Source of the DNA: Selaginella moellendorffii
Taxonomy: Eukaryota; Plantae; Lycopodiophyta
DNA length: 64,000 nucleotides
Assembly (NCBI RefSeq): GCF_000143415.4
Contig: NW_003314362.1
Location: 62,001 to 126,000 of the forward strand
Direction of reading: 5' to 3'
Part shown: positions 1 through 11,164 of the stretch, in pieces
How positions within the stretch are numbered: the stretch's first letter is position 1
Layout: every line of letters starts with the position of its first letter
Translations under genes and position numbers: made by a program
Notes under the pieces: generated by a model
What the model saw: only the letters and a program-made list of their open reading frames with translations
What the model was told of the DNA's origin: nothing
Database searches by the model: none

Positions 1-1682
1 TCACGCTGTTCTTCGCGGCCGGGAGTCCCCAATCCACGAGCAGCGCCTGCGGCAAGCCCTGCGCGAGCGTCAACGACTGCCCGGCCATGATGATCTGCGA
101 TCCCTACGGCCAATGCAACAGCAATCCCTCCAACACCCACATGTCCGTTTCCCCAGTCGCCCCGGGCTGCAATCCTGCCCAATCATTCGTCTACACCGCT
201 CCTACCATCGACGAGGATCACTGCGCCACAAACACCACACACTATCTCTACAACTGCTCGCCCCCAGTGTCGCGCCGCCGCCCCAACCCCGCCATTCTCT
301 ACTACATCGAGCTCGATAATGGCTCGAGGTGCGAGGAGAAGAAATACCAGCCGTCCGATCTCGTGGCATCCATGGCCACCGGATGGTATAATAACTATCA
401 ACGGCCAGGGGTAGAAACGTAACCATCACGGCCCTCAACGGCCGTACCGTGACGGCCATGGTTGTGGACGCGTGCTCGGCCATGGCTGGCTGTACGGCCG
501 CCACTAGCTTCTATCCATCGTGCTCTCCAAAGAGCCTGGGCGCCACGCAGGGCGTTTGGGAGGCCCTGGGATACAAAATCTCGGAAGGAATCATCGATAT
601 AACATGGGAGTTTGAGCGCGCGGGAAAGAGGCCGCGTTTGAAACGGACGGTTGTGATTGCGTCCTCTGTTGCGGCAGCGACGGCTGGGATTGTTCTAGGG
701 TTTGTTCTTGGTTCCGGGCTAGGGATTGCGAGAAGGAGAGCGAGCTCGGGGGAATGCTGCCGGAGCGATTCAGGCATCGGAAGCTCTGTGCCGCGACGGG
801 GGATTTCGGCGCGGGATCGAAGCTGGGACAGGGCGGATCGGGGTCTGTCTTCAAGGGTGTTCTTCCGGATGGGAGATTGGTGGCTGTCAAGCGGATCGGG
901 GGCTCTGGCAAGCAATTCCGGGCGGAGGTGATGGCCGTGGGGAGGATTCACCACTTGAATCTCGTGAGGCTGCTGTGGTTTTGCATCAAGAGCCCGCTCC
1001 ACTTCCTGGTGTACGAATTCATGCCAAACGGGTCGCTGGATTCGTGGATTTTTGGCAAGGGGAGGTACTTGGATTGGAGCAGCAGGGTCTCGATCGCCAT
1101 GGATGTCGCTCGCGGGCTGGCCTATCTCCACGATTCATGCCGCGAGAAGATCTTCCATCTGGATATCAAGCCTCAGAACATTCTTCTGGATGGGAAGATG
1201 CGTGCCAAGATTTCCGATTTTGGATTCGCCAAGATTGTCGACAAGGACAAGAGCCAAACGATCACGGGGCTACATGGCGCCCGAGTGGCTCCATTCCACG
1301 ATCACAGACAAGACAGACGTCTACAGCTACGGTGTGGTTTTGATCGAGCTGGTTTCGACACAGCAATCTCCAGAATTTTCTGGCATTCCACCTCCACAAA
1401 ACTGGGATCTCTCCTCAGCCTTGGATCGATCAGGCTGTTGTGGGAATCGGCTTGGATCTCAACATCCTCCACTCCAGCCAAGTAATTCGATCCAGAACTG
1501 GTTTCTTCCTCACTGCCCTCGATTGCCTGATCTCGTGTACACAAGAGGAACCTTGGTTGAGACCGTCCATGGGACTGGTGGTAAAGCAGCTGGAATCTCT
1601 TGTGGAGCTAGAGACCACCACCTTGCCTAGATTCTCTGTTAACTTGCCAACCTCTCCCGATGATACAAAAAAGCAAACATAA
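1..1682 (+). pseudogene. Kiwellin-ectodomain receptor-like kinase (kissper + kiwellin/barwin-like, TM, non-RD Ser/Thr kinase); frameshifted, 5' end outside window
   Basis: Frame 3 gives SSACGKPCASVNDCPAMMICDPYGQCNSNPSNTH (kissper pattern), then YNCSPPVS...ASMATGWYNN. Frame 2 continues GRNVTITALNGRTVTAMVVDAC...VWEALG...GIIDITW (kiwellin C-terminus) and a hydrophobic TM (VVIASSVAAATAGIVLGFVLG) followed by RRR. Frame 1 gives the kinase: LGQGGSGSVFKG, VAVK, HLDIKPQNILL, DFG. Frame 2 gives RGYMAPEW..DVYSYG; frame 3 gives CTQEEPWLRPSMG. Four frameshifts near 405, 750, 1268 and 1420. Confidence 0.85.
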
Positions 1683-1899
1683 GGGAAAAAGTAAATTATT
1701 AATTGCAAAAAAGAATATTATAAAAATATACTTCTCTAACAAATTGTTAATAGCTTATCTAGAATTAGCATTTGCCCAGCATATGCTGTCCTGTTAACAA
1801 ATATTGTTTTGAATGTTAAATCTAATAAACAAATAAAGTGAACTTGAAAAGCTTGTATTATAACTATATATCAAGAATTTCTTTCAGTGCTACAAACAA

Positions 1900-3790
1900 T
1901 GCATGGAGCATTTAGTATTAAACCTCCTTATAAACTGTGTTGATGGTGAAAGTAGGACTTAAAGGGAATAATTGTCCTTGGAGTGACATGTTCTGTACTT
2001 TAATACCTAATCCTGATGGTGATGTGCATTTTGATAAAGCCACATAAAGTTGGCTATAGGTGAAAATTGGATGTGGCAAGTGTGTTCCAACTTGGTCAGA
2101 TGTCTAGCTTTGACACTTAGAGATTGTAAGGCAATACCCCAAACGTACTAGAAATTGTCTTCTGGACATTTTAAATAGAATTTATATGGTTGAAGGTGTG
2201 AGTAGGATTTGACAGATGAAAACTCGTGTACCTTTGAATTGGTTTAATACAATTTCATAGTTAGAACTGTTGGTAAAATATGTTTAAGGATGAGGCATGT
2301 ACCATTATATAGTCTAATTGATGGACATATATTCCTTATTAGAATAAAGATAACACCTTCTTTAAGTAAGAGTTTATGTGGTGGAAGACTAAAAGGAGTA
2401 ATGGAATTTAGGAATTTAATTGAAAATCTTTTGGATGTTTAGTATCAACAAAGTCAACACTTTCATAAATATGTATGTCACTAGGTAAGGAAGAGATTAT
2501 AGCATTATTAATAGGAAAAGTATCATCATTAAGTGGGGTAAGTATGACTCTATTAGCTGCAATGTAGGAGTTTGAAATATCCTATAGAGATGGAAAAACA
2601 AAATCAACAACAAAGGACATTATTATTTGTGTGTAAGGCAATATAATAGATTTTGAAGTTAAATCACATAATTATTACCATTTCCAATTTGAAAAAGCCA
2701 ATCAACCCATAAAAAGTTGTTTTCAAGTAGTCTCATATTCTTTTTTAGTGGAAGTGTTCTAAAAAATTTCCATAACCTATTCATTTTATTGAATTTGAAA
2801 TAATTTGTGCTCAATGACCATATGGAATAATTGGTAGTATTTATCTAAAGTCACCACTTGTCATAATAACAATTCCTCCAAAATATAATTCATTTTTTTT
2901 ATATCTTGTAAGGCTAAATTAATGGCAGAAAATGCATGTGTGTGAACCATGCTAATTTTATCTCATATTAACACATGTGCATTTTTAATTTTTTGGCTTG
3001 CTTCACTATTAGCTATAATAGCAGAAGTAAAAGTTTCATTTATTGGAATAGGAAGTTTAAAAGTCATATGCAATGTTTGACCATTATGTAGTAATGTGCT
3101 TACAATACATTTTTATTTAGAAGTTGAAACATATGTATAAAAGTGTTAAGGAGAAAAGTTTTATCAGTACCACCAAGACCATTAATGAAAATATATCGAT
3201 TTTGTTTGGTTAGGTTGTTAATCGTGCTAAGGATATCATAATATACAATCTTTTGTTCATTATCAAATTAAAGTAAATTTTGTTCTACAGAATGAATGAA
3301 TTGTGTTAAATTAATATGATTATTTATATCAAAGTTTGTATAAGATGAAGGTAATTTATAATCTTGATTGGATTTTCCATATAGATTGAATCTGCTATTT
3401 ATATAATGTAAACCATATTCAAAACAACATAATAGATCTATTAGTACAAAATCTTCAAAGAAAGAGTTTTTAGAATTTTTCCCATAAGGGATAAGGATTA
3501 AAAAATAAATAGTTGTCTTAATTGTGATGGCATTTTAAAAGAGCAAGCATCTTTTAAACATTTTTCCCGTTCTATATCATCTGCGAAAAGTCCCATAGCA
3601 TATGCAGTAAATTGAAATGTTTTGAAATAAGTATTATTAACTATTTTTAGATCATTAAAGGAAGTAACCCCTCTTTTGTAACGTAAATGATAAAATTTAG
3701 TATTAGATAGGGAAACAAAATATATTTGTGAGATAATATTTTGTCGATGTCTAATTTGCCAATGATGAGTGCACTCCTATTTATCCCCAT
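1900..3790 (-). pseudogene. Helitron RepHel C-terminal (PIF1 helicase) remnant
   Basis: Minus strand reads ISKCQS*TSDQVGTHLPHPIFTYSQLYVALSKCT (PIF1 terminal motifs) and HWQIRHRQNIISQIYFVS...GVTSFNDLK. Colinear with the copies at 9915-15300 and 25340-29750. Many stops. Confidence 0.8.
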
Positions 3791-5499
3791 TGTATATGTG
3801 GAGAAGAGGCCATAAGGATCCCAACTTCTCAACCTTATGTGCTGAGAAGGCCAATGTGTAAGGGTCACTTGAATGTTTTGCCACAATATCCCATGCAACA
3901 GGTAAATTTACAACTATGATCTCTATGTTTTACTAAGTTTGTAGTTATACACCAAGTACCTCTTCTCCAGCTTCCTTACGCTTTAGTTTGATGTCATAAG
4001 TGTAGGAATGCATTTCAACTACATTTGGGAATGACGTTTCATCTGCATGCTTAGTTTAAATGGGGGCTCAGGTCACTTCTATAATCTGTGTTGAGGCAAG
4101 GCTCTGTAAAAGTTTTGTTGCTGTTTTAACTACAATTGTTTTCTACTGTTAGAACAGTGTGTCTATATCAGTCTGTCAGAAAATTCTTCCATATGGTGGA
4201 GAGGTACATCATGTGAGTTCACGTGTTTTTCTAACTTCATGTGAACTCTAGGACATATCAAGATGTCTTTTATGGGTCCAGCAACAGGATGGGAACTAGC
4301 CCCTTGTAAAAACTGTCAGAATACAAGAGGAGTTTATAACACTTTCGAGTTTCTAAAAAATGTGAGAGTTTTGTGGATTTCTAGTATGATGAGACTTCTT
4401 TGTGTTGTAGGTCTTGGACTCTTATTCTGAAGATTCTAAAGAAAACTATACCCGAGGCTAGTTCCCTTCGCTAAAGGATTTGTTAAATCACTTGGGTACA
4501 CTTTTCTTTGTTGCTGTCAATTTGAACTCCGATGCTAATGCTTGCAAAATTCATAGGACTATGACAAAAACCAGTGTTATGGAGTTTTTTTCCAAATTGA
4601 AAAATGGTGAAGATTATAGAAAGGAAACATTTGGAAGTAGCCGGTCTGTATATAGGCTTGGTTTATTTGAAGTATATCCATGTCTCCTCATGAACGGTCT
4701 TGTTTATAGAAAAAGCCAGGTATATTGTCATTTATAAAATCTTAGGGACATTCCTAATGTGTCACTTGAACTTAGCCATAATTTTCATTGATGGTGGCTC
4801 TTGAGCTTTACAAATAACTTGTGCTGCATGCAGATAGCTGGTACTGAGAAAGGTTGGAAGTATGTGTCAGTTGCATCAGTGGTTATTGAGAACCATCCAG
4901 TTGTACGTAGTACTTAAAAATGAAGTTTTTGTCATGTATCCTCCTGGTAAGCCTTTCTATTTTTTTCTTCTACTCAGTCGCCTTATAGGTTGGAGGAGTA
5001 GCCTCTACACCCGGCATTGCCAAATTTATTGAAAATAAATGCATATTTTGATTCATTTTATCAATCCCTTATGTTTGTGCCACGTAGAATTGTCCACTTA
5101 ATTCAAGTGACGAAGAAATGAGCGACAAAGCTCCCAAGCTTGAGGTCAGCAACTTGTAGGTGAGATAGATGTTTGTTCTTTGGCTAGTTCAGCAAAGGTA
5201 GAGGTACCATTAGAAATGGTGTAGCCACCAAGTTAAATTGTGTATCACACAATTTCAAATTTAAAGCCATAGTGTCTATAGTCCAGAATTATCATCTATG
5301 ATCGACTAAGTCGCAATGTTCCAACATTTTAAAGAAGTCACTGAGATGATTAGGATGCTTGCTTCAATAGAGAGTTTTGCAAGAGACTTTGAGGTTGTAA
5401 TAATACAATGGATCCTATATACAACTATGCAACAAGCTTATAGACAATATATTGTACAAACAGAAAATAAAAGCACATTGGAATAGGAAATGAAAGTGC

Positions 5500-6800
5500 A
5501 TAATACTTTAATCAGCCTTGAACGCAATAACTTTTGGCAAGCTTTGATTAGCACTAGTTGAGAATAAAAAGTAGCATGTTTGTGGCTTCTTTATCTCCAA
5601 AAGTATAATTGCCCTAGGCATTTGAGTAAAAGTGAATATTTTTAGAAATTGGCCAGGAGTGAGACCATATGCTTGGTCTATATAAGTGTCCTCCATGCAA
5701 ACGTCTTGTGGGTGGCTAATATCTGGATAGAATTTGCCACAGACCCACAAAGTTTGAAAAAACATTCATTTATTCTTGCAATGGTGACACCAACTAATAT
5801 CTCGCATTTGTTTCTCGACCCTAAACTTTTTGCAAACATAGCAGCCACAACAAATAGAGATTGTGTGAGGGTTTTCAGGGATAAAATGGCCATGCACCTA
5901 TTGACAAAACATGCATTTTGAACCATTGATATACATCAAGAGAGACATACCCCAAAGTTCTTTCTATATATGAATGAGATAGAGTGCAGTTGCTTCTATA
6001 TGTGGTCCCAAGGCATATTGTTAGGAATTTTCAAGACAATAGTCAAGGGTGCAATCCTGAACACATTTGTATCTTTAGTTCCTCAGAGATTGTAGAAAAT
6101 ACAACTTGGCATGTCCCCAACAAACCGTAATAATTTGAGCTCATGATAAACATGGTCCATATCACCCAGCATATGCACTTACTTTTGAAGTTCACCTAAA
6201 AAATCCAGTCAAAATATTACAAATACCTTATAGGTGTTTTCAGCTTCAAAATCATTAGCAATGAATATGATGTTTGTAGTGTTAGGCGTTTGATCTACAC
6301 CAGTGATTGCTGCAGCAACCATTGCAGAAGTATAAGTAGAAGCATCCACTACAAATTGACTTAGTGGAACAATGTTTGATATTATGACAAAATCAAGCAT
6401 TGGAGGAGCCTTCTCTAGCCATGCTCAAATATGTGTGGTTGTAGAAATATCTACCAAGAGACAATGGAGCCCCAAATGATATTTCGGATTCTTAGCTCTA
6501 ACCTTGTAGTGTTGAATACACAGCCAGTTAGATGGCTTGAAAATGTGGCTGTATTTATCAGTAGCGTTGGCTGCCATCAAAGTTGTCGCAAGTTGCATGT
6601 TGTCACTGTCAATGAAATCGATATTAAGGAACCTTGATATTGATGCCATACTTGTTGAGTGGACCTCATGTTGGAAATCATAACTGTCATACTAAGATAA
6701 TACATATATAAGAAGTGGCTCACCACCTGAATGAAGCTGTAGATACGTAATATGAACACATGTATATTGTGTTTCCTTAGAGAAAGCAATCAGATTCCAT
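5500..6800 (-). pseudogene. RPA70-like ssDNA-binding protein (OB folds + C4 zinc finger), Helitron-borne, decayed
   Basis: FLNIDFIDSDNMQLATTLMAANATDKYSHIFKPSNWLCIQHYKVRAKNPKY..LVDISTTTHI resembles RPA1 OB-fold A. GCYVCKK...WCHHCKN (~5770-5850) resembles the RPA1 DBD-C zinc ribbon. Plant Helitrons are known to carry RPA70-like genes. Confidence 0.6.
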
Positions 6801-7595
6801 ATGCCAGGGTCTAGAATGCTATATAATTTGCACTTAGCTAAAAAGTCCCATTACAAACCCATAACTAAAAAAATATTCTAAAATTGAGTAGTACCTCTTA
6901 TAATCCCACGGGGCACTTGGCTGGAAGTTTGTGTCTGAACACCTAGATCTGGCCAACAGAGAAGGTTTAAGAAGCAAAAAGCCAAGTGCCAGTACCTGCT
7001 AAAATAGCAAAGGGACTTTGAAAATGTAATGGCTGTTTGAAGTCTTCTTGTATACCTATTCCTCAAGCTGTAAAGCACTATATTGGAATAAATTAAGTAC
7101 TTGAAGCACTAAGCTGTGTAAGGTGCTCAGATCCTAGATAAAAAGGTGATTAGATTCTGCTTTATCAAGATAAACACAAACCTAGTTCACTACTCTCTCC
7201 ACCTATCTCTACATCACCTAGAATTTGTTGCTGCTACGAAGAAACATCATCTGGCGATGACTAGTAATTTAATCTACATGGTCTTGAGACCCCACATTAG
7301 AATCACTAGCTGCTGCTACCATTGGAGAGAGAGATCCTAAATGAAGCAATTGATTAACTTTGGGTTAATCACAACAGTTAGCCCAAAGGCTTGCTTAATT
7401 TTTGCTACGTCATTGGGCACATGCAAAACTCGTAATAGCTTTTTCCTTTGACAGGACAGGCGACAGGCACAATCATGGCCAACACTTTGCATGCATGTGC
7501 CATGTGTTGCAATGCCTTCCTCTCCCACCCCATGCAACTTGGCTGCCTCCCATTGGCCAGGAGCAAACATCAACACTTCCTCCTTATTATAGAAG

Positions 7596-8880
7596 GACTT
7601 CTTGAAGTGTGCATTTTTGAGAGCTTGAGTAGCCGAGGGGTGATTTTTTGCTGCTGGATGCATCAGAGACTTGATTAAGCTTTAGAACACAAGTGAGAAT
7701 CCAAGAAGAAGAGCAAGCTTTCCCTAGCGGATGGCTTGATATTGCCTTCTAGACGCTGGTGGTGGTGAGTATCTTGCAAGCTCGTAGAATGTCACCCCTA
7801 GGGAAAAACATGTCAGCTTTGTCAAGGTGGCTGTGATCATTGTTGATGAGCTCCATCGGGAGATATCTCAAGTTGCCATCCTTGATGGAAATGGTTCCAT
7901 CAATCCGACTGGCGAGGACAAAGTTACCAATCTTGTAGTGGATGTAGATCTTGTTGGGCTTCGCATCCAGGTGAGTGAGGCCATGTGAGTAGAAGTGCTT
8001 CAAAGTGTTTAAGAGCTGTCATGCATGACAAACTTAGAAAAGAACACACAATTGAGCTGCTTCCTTAAAACATTGCCTTAGTCAGCTTCTTCTCCGTGAA
8101 TGTCCATGCAAGGCTCTCATCTTGTAGATTCATCTTGCACAGCTCCATTTGGATATACAAAAAGTCATTCTCGAACCATGAAGAGAAGTAGCACACTACA
8201 ATTTCATGGTAAGCTGGAAGCTGGATAAGTTTTGAGGAACCCAGTGGTAATATTGAAAGAAAAAAGCCAACTCACCAAGATATGAAAGTGCCTGAACTTT
8301 TCTCAGTGTTTTCTTCTTGCAAAGAGAAAAATTTGCCAAAGCATTACCATAGTCTCTCAACTATAGTGACGAACTGATCTCCCTTATTTAGCAGACACCA
8401 ATTGGAATACTTTACAGCATAAAGGCAGCCGTCAAGTCTTTTGAGAACTTTATAAACATAGCTAAAATCACCTCGTCCTATTTCCTGATAGTGGAGTAAG
8501 AATGAAGATCATACAAATTCTACGCACCACAAATACTTTGATTTGATGGAACTCCTCATGGTAACGCGATGAAGAGCCAAAAGCGGAGACACATCCTGTA
8601 TGAGAATACCAAAGCTATGAAAGAAAAATGAAAAATAGCACTTGGGAAACACATTAGTGTTAAAAAAAGGGTTTCAGAAGCATGGTGGGGACATGACATT
8701 CTGTCACAGAGACATTGTCTTTGCATTCTCTGCTTCTTGGTTCAAATATTCATTTAGGAAAAGAAGAGCAGAACAAAAAAAAGCCGAGTGAGTGTTTAAG
8801 ATTATCAAAGCAAAGCTAGACATACCACTTCTTGGTTTTTTGCTCCGTAGAGGCATCAGACCCACAGGGAATAGCTTTGA
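7596..8880 (-). pseudogene. WEE1: Captured WEE1 kinase fragment (near-complete kinase domain, introns retained, stops/frameshifts)
   Basis: Exons translate to MSL*QNVMSPPCF*NPF, SRYHEEFHQIK, IGRGDFSYVYKVLKRLDGCLYAVKYS, YFSSWFENDFLYIQMELC, HLDAKPNKIY..DGNLRYLPMELINNDHSHLDKADMF, LGVTFYELAR..GKLALL..SLMHPAAKNHPSA. This is the plant WEE1 motif order. Confidence 0.85.
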
Positions 8881-10089
8881 GATTTTAGCATCATGGTCTC
8901 ATTGCCAGTAGTTCTCCTGTAGAAAGAAAAACCAGAAAAGAAAAGAAAATTGAAAAACCAAATCAGGAAAAGAATGAAAACAATAAGAAAAGATGCCAAG
9001 AGTTGAAGTGTTCGAGAAGAAGAAAAGAAAGTAAAATGGAAGACATTAGAAGAAAGTGCGGACACAAATAGTACCAGGACGTGGTTCATTCCAGCAGCAT
9101 TGACACAACACCTCAGATTTGGATCGTGAATCAGCAGCAGCAGCAGGGGCTGTCTCGCCACTTCGTAAACCCTAGAAAAATGTCACAGCCAACACATTGC
9201 ATGCTTTCTTTGCTCGACAGTCAACACTTTGCATGTGATATATGTCACAATGCCTTCCTCTCCCGCCCCACACAGGTTGGCTGCCTCCCATGAGAGCAAA
9301 CATCGATTATTCACTAAGACGTGGTTAAAGAAATAACCCCCCATCAGACGGCTGTGATTGGTTGGATCCAACGGCCCAAAAATTTCAACACTCCCTCCTT
9401 ATTATGATACTAGGGGTGGTTGGCAAATTTGATGCCATTTCAAGAGGTTTCTTGAGCTTAGCTATATTGCTGTTTGATCAACTCCACAATTGAAAGACAT
9501 TCTCTTGACCAAACGTGTTATGAGCATTATATAAGCTAGATTAGATCACTGTTGAGTTGCATTCCTCCATTTTGAACACAGAGAGACCAAAGAATACTTC
9601 CAAGTCCATCTTTGGTGCAGGTGTTGCTACTTGCTCCACAGCCCGCTAGAGAGGTTTCTGGGATGAGCCGAAAACCATTATACTGCAATGAGAGCTGCAC
9701 TCAAGAAGCAATAGGATGAAAAATGTACCTCTGCCATTAGCAACTCAATAGCATGTTGCCATAACCAAAATGGGACACCACCCAAGGCACACCAATCAAT
9801 GCCAGCTTTGTTGTGGTGTGCACTTGAAACTCACAAATGCAAGTCAAGGGTGGTTGAGTAGATAACTTTGTGGAATTATGGTTGGATTTGGAATTATGCC
9901 ATGTATTTGTCAGTCTACTTAAGAATTTCAACATAGATTGTATTCACAGTGTAAAAGTGTTGATCATGTGGTATAAGATTGCCTTGAAGGGGGCTTGCGA
10001 GCACTTGAACATGAAGTTGTTCAGATGATCTACACCTTAATAAAGCAACATAAAGTTGATCATGTGTGAAAACAAGTTGGGGGAGGTAA

Positions 10090-10674
10090 TGTAAGCTCTT
10101 GAGTTTTGGACTTCCCGGGAGGTCACCAAGCCCAGTACTATTCAAACCCAAACATGTTTAACCCTAAATATCCCAAGACCCTTAACTGATTGGAAAAGGG
10201 GGTGCACTCTTGTTCATGGGCCCTTTCCCTCTATATTTGAACTCTATAGATCGTCTCTTAAGTTGTTCTCTTTGGTTGCTTACAATCCACCACGCTTCCC
10301 TGCAAGTTCACGTTTTCGTAAACGGAAGTTGAGAGCCGCAACTCTCTCGAAAGTCCTGCTCTCTTGACACCCTACCCCTCGGGTCGAGCCCAGCAAGAGC
10401 AAATTGGACCAGCCAGATGTCAATCAACATGTGGTGTGATTCCCTAGCCAACCAACAGAGTCAAACCCAAGATCCCTCTAATACCAAATGTAAGCTCTTA
10501 AGTTTTGGACTTCCCAAGAGGTCACTCAGCCCAGTACTATTTAAACCCAAGGATGCTTAACCCCAAATATCCCAAGACCCTTAACCGATTGGAAAAGGGG
10601 GTGCACTTTTGTTCATAAGTCCTTTCCCTTTATATTTGAACCCCATGGATCATCTCTTAAGTTGGTTGCTTACA
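10090..10674 (-). mobile_element. Cassandra-type TRIM with 5S rRNA-derived LTR segment
   Basis: LTRs 10090-10284 and 10489-10674 (TGTAAG...CTTACA) with a 204-bp non-coding interior. PBS TGGTATTAGAGG and a purine tract are on the minus strand. TSD GGTAA/GATAA. The minus-strand LTR contains GTTAAGCATCCTTGGGTTTAAATAGTACTGGGCTGAGTGACCTCTTGGGAAGTCC, matching the 5S rRNA internal control region. Removing the element restores the helicase reading GIYLPQLVF. Confidence 0.9.
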
Positions 10675-11164
10675 GATAAATGCCAACACAATTGAAAGTT
10701 TGGCCTTGAGCTTTAGAAATAGTTAAGCAATAACCCAGACAAACTAGGAATTGTCTTTGGGATATCTTGAAAGGGATTTCAACATTAAAGGTAATATGTG
10801 GAATAAAAACTCATGATCCCTTGAATTGTCCAGTGATAATTTCACAATCTAAAACATTTTGAGATGCTTGCTTGAGAATGAGGTGAGTGCCATTGCATAA
10901 ACCAATTTATGGAGATATGTTCCTAAGAAGAATCAAAATCACATTTTTTTTTAGAATTAATTTGTGTGGTGGTAGTCCCGATGTAATTGAATTTAAGAAT
11001 TGAATTGGGAATTCTTTAAGGTGATCTAAGTCAACCTTGTCAATGCTCAAATAAACATATGGATCACCTAGTAGTCTTCCAACAATGTCATTATTTATTC
11101 TAAATCTGTCATCATTGAGTGGGGTGAGAAAAACCTTTGATGCAGCTGTATAAGTGTTTATAAT

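Larger units (their letters stand above)
1765..9409 (-). mobile_element. Composite Helitron H1 (decayed)
   Basis: Minus-strand 3' end: palindrome CAGCATATGCTG, then GGCAAATG-CTAA|T at 1765. Contains a PIF1 helicase remnant, an RPA70-like gene and WEE1. 5'-terminal-type sequences end at ~7593 (TCTATAATAAGGAGG) and ~9409. Confidence 0.7.

Noticed and set aside
511-1131. 206-aa minus-strand ORF and other overlapping ORFs on the RLK
   Set aside because: Antisense or alternate-frame shadows of GC-rich coding sequence, with no motifs.
400-1440. RLK frame changes explained as introns
   Set aside because: Homology is contiguous across each shift, leaving no room for GT-AG introns of usable length.
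10107-10562. Genuine 5S rRNA genes
   Set aside because: Only ~55 nt of the internal control region is present, embedded in LTRs, without 5S termini.
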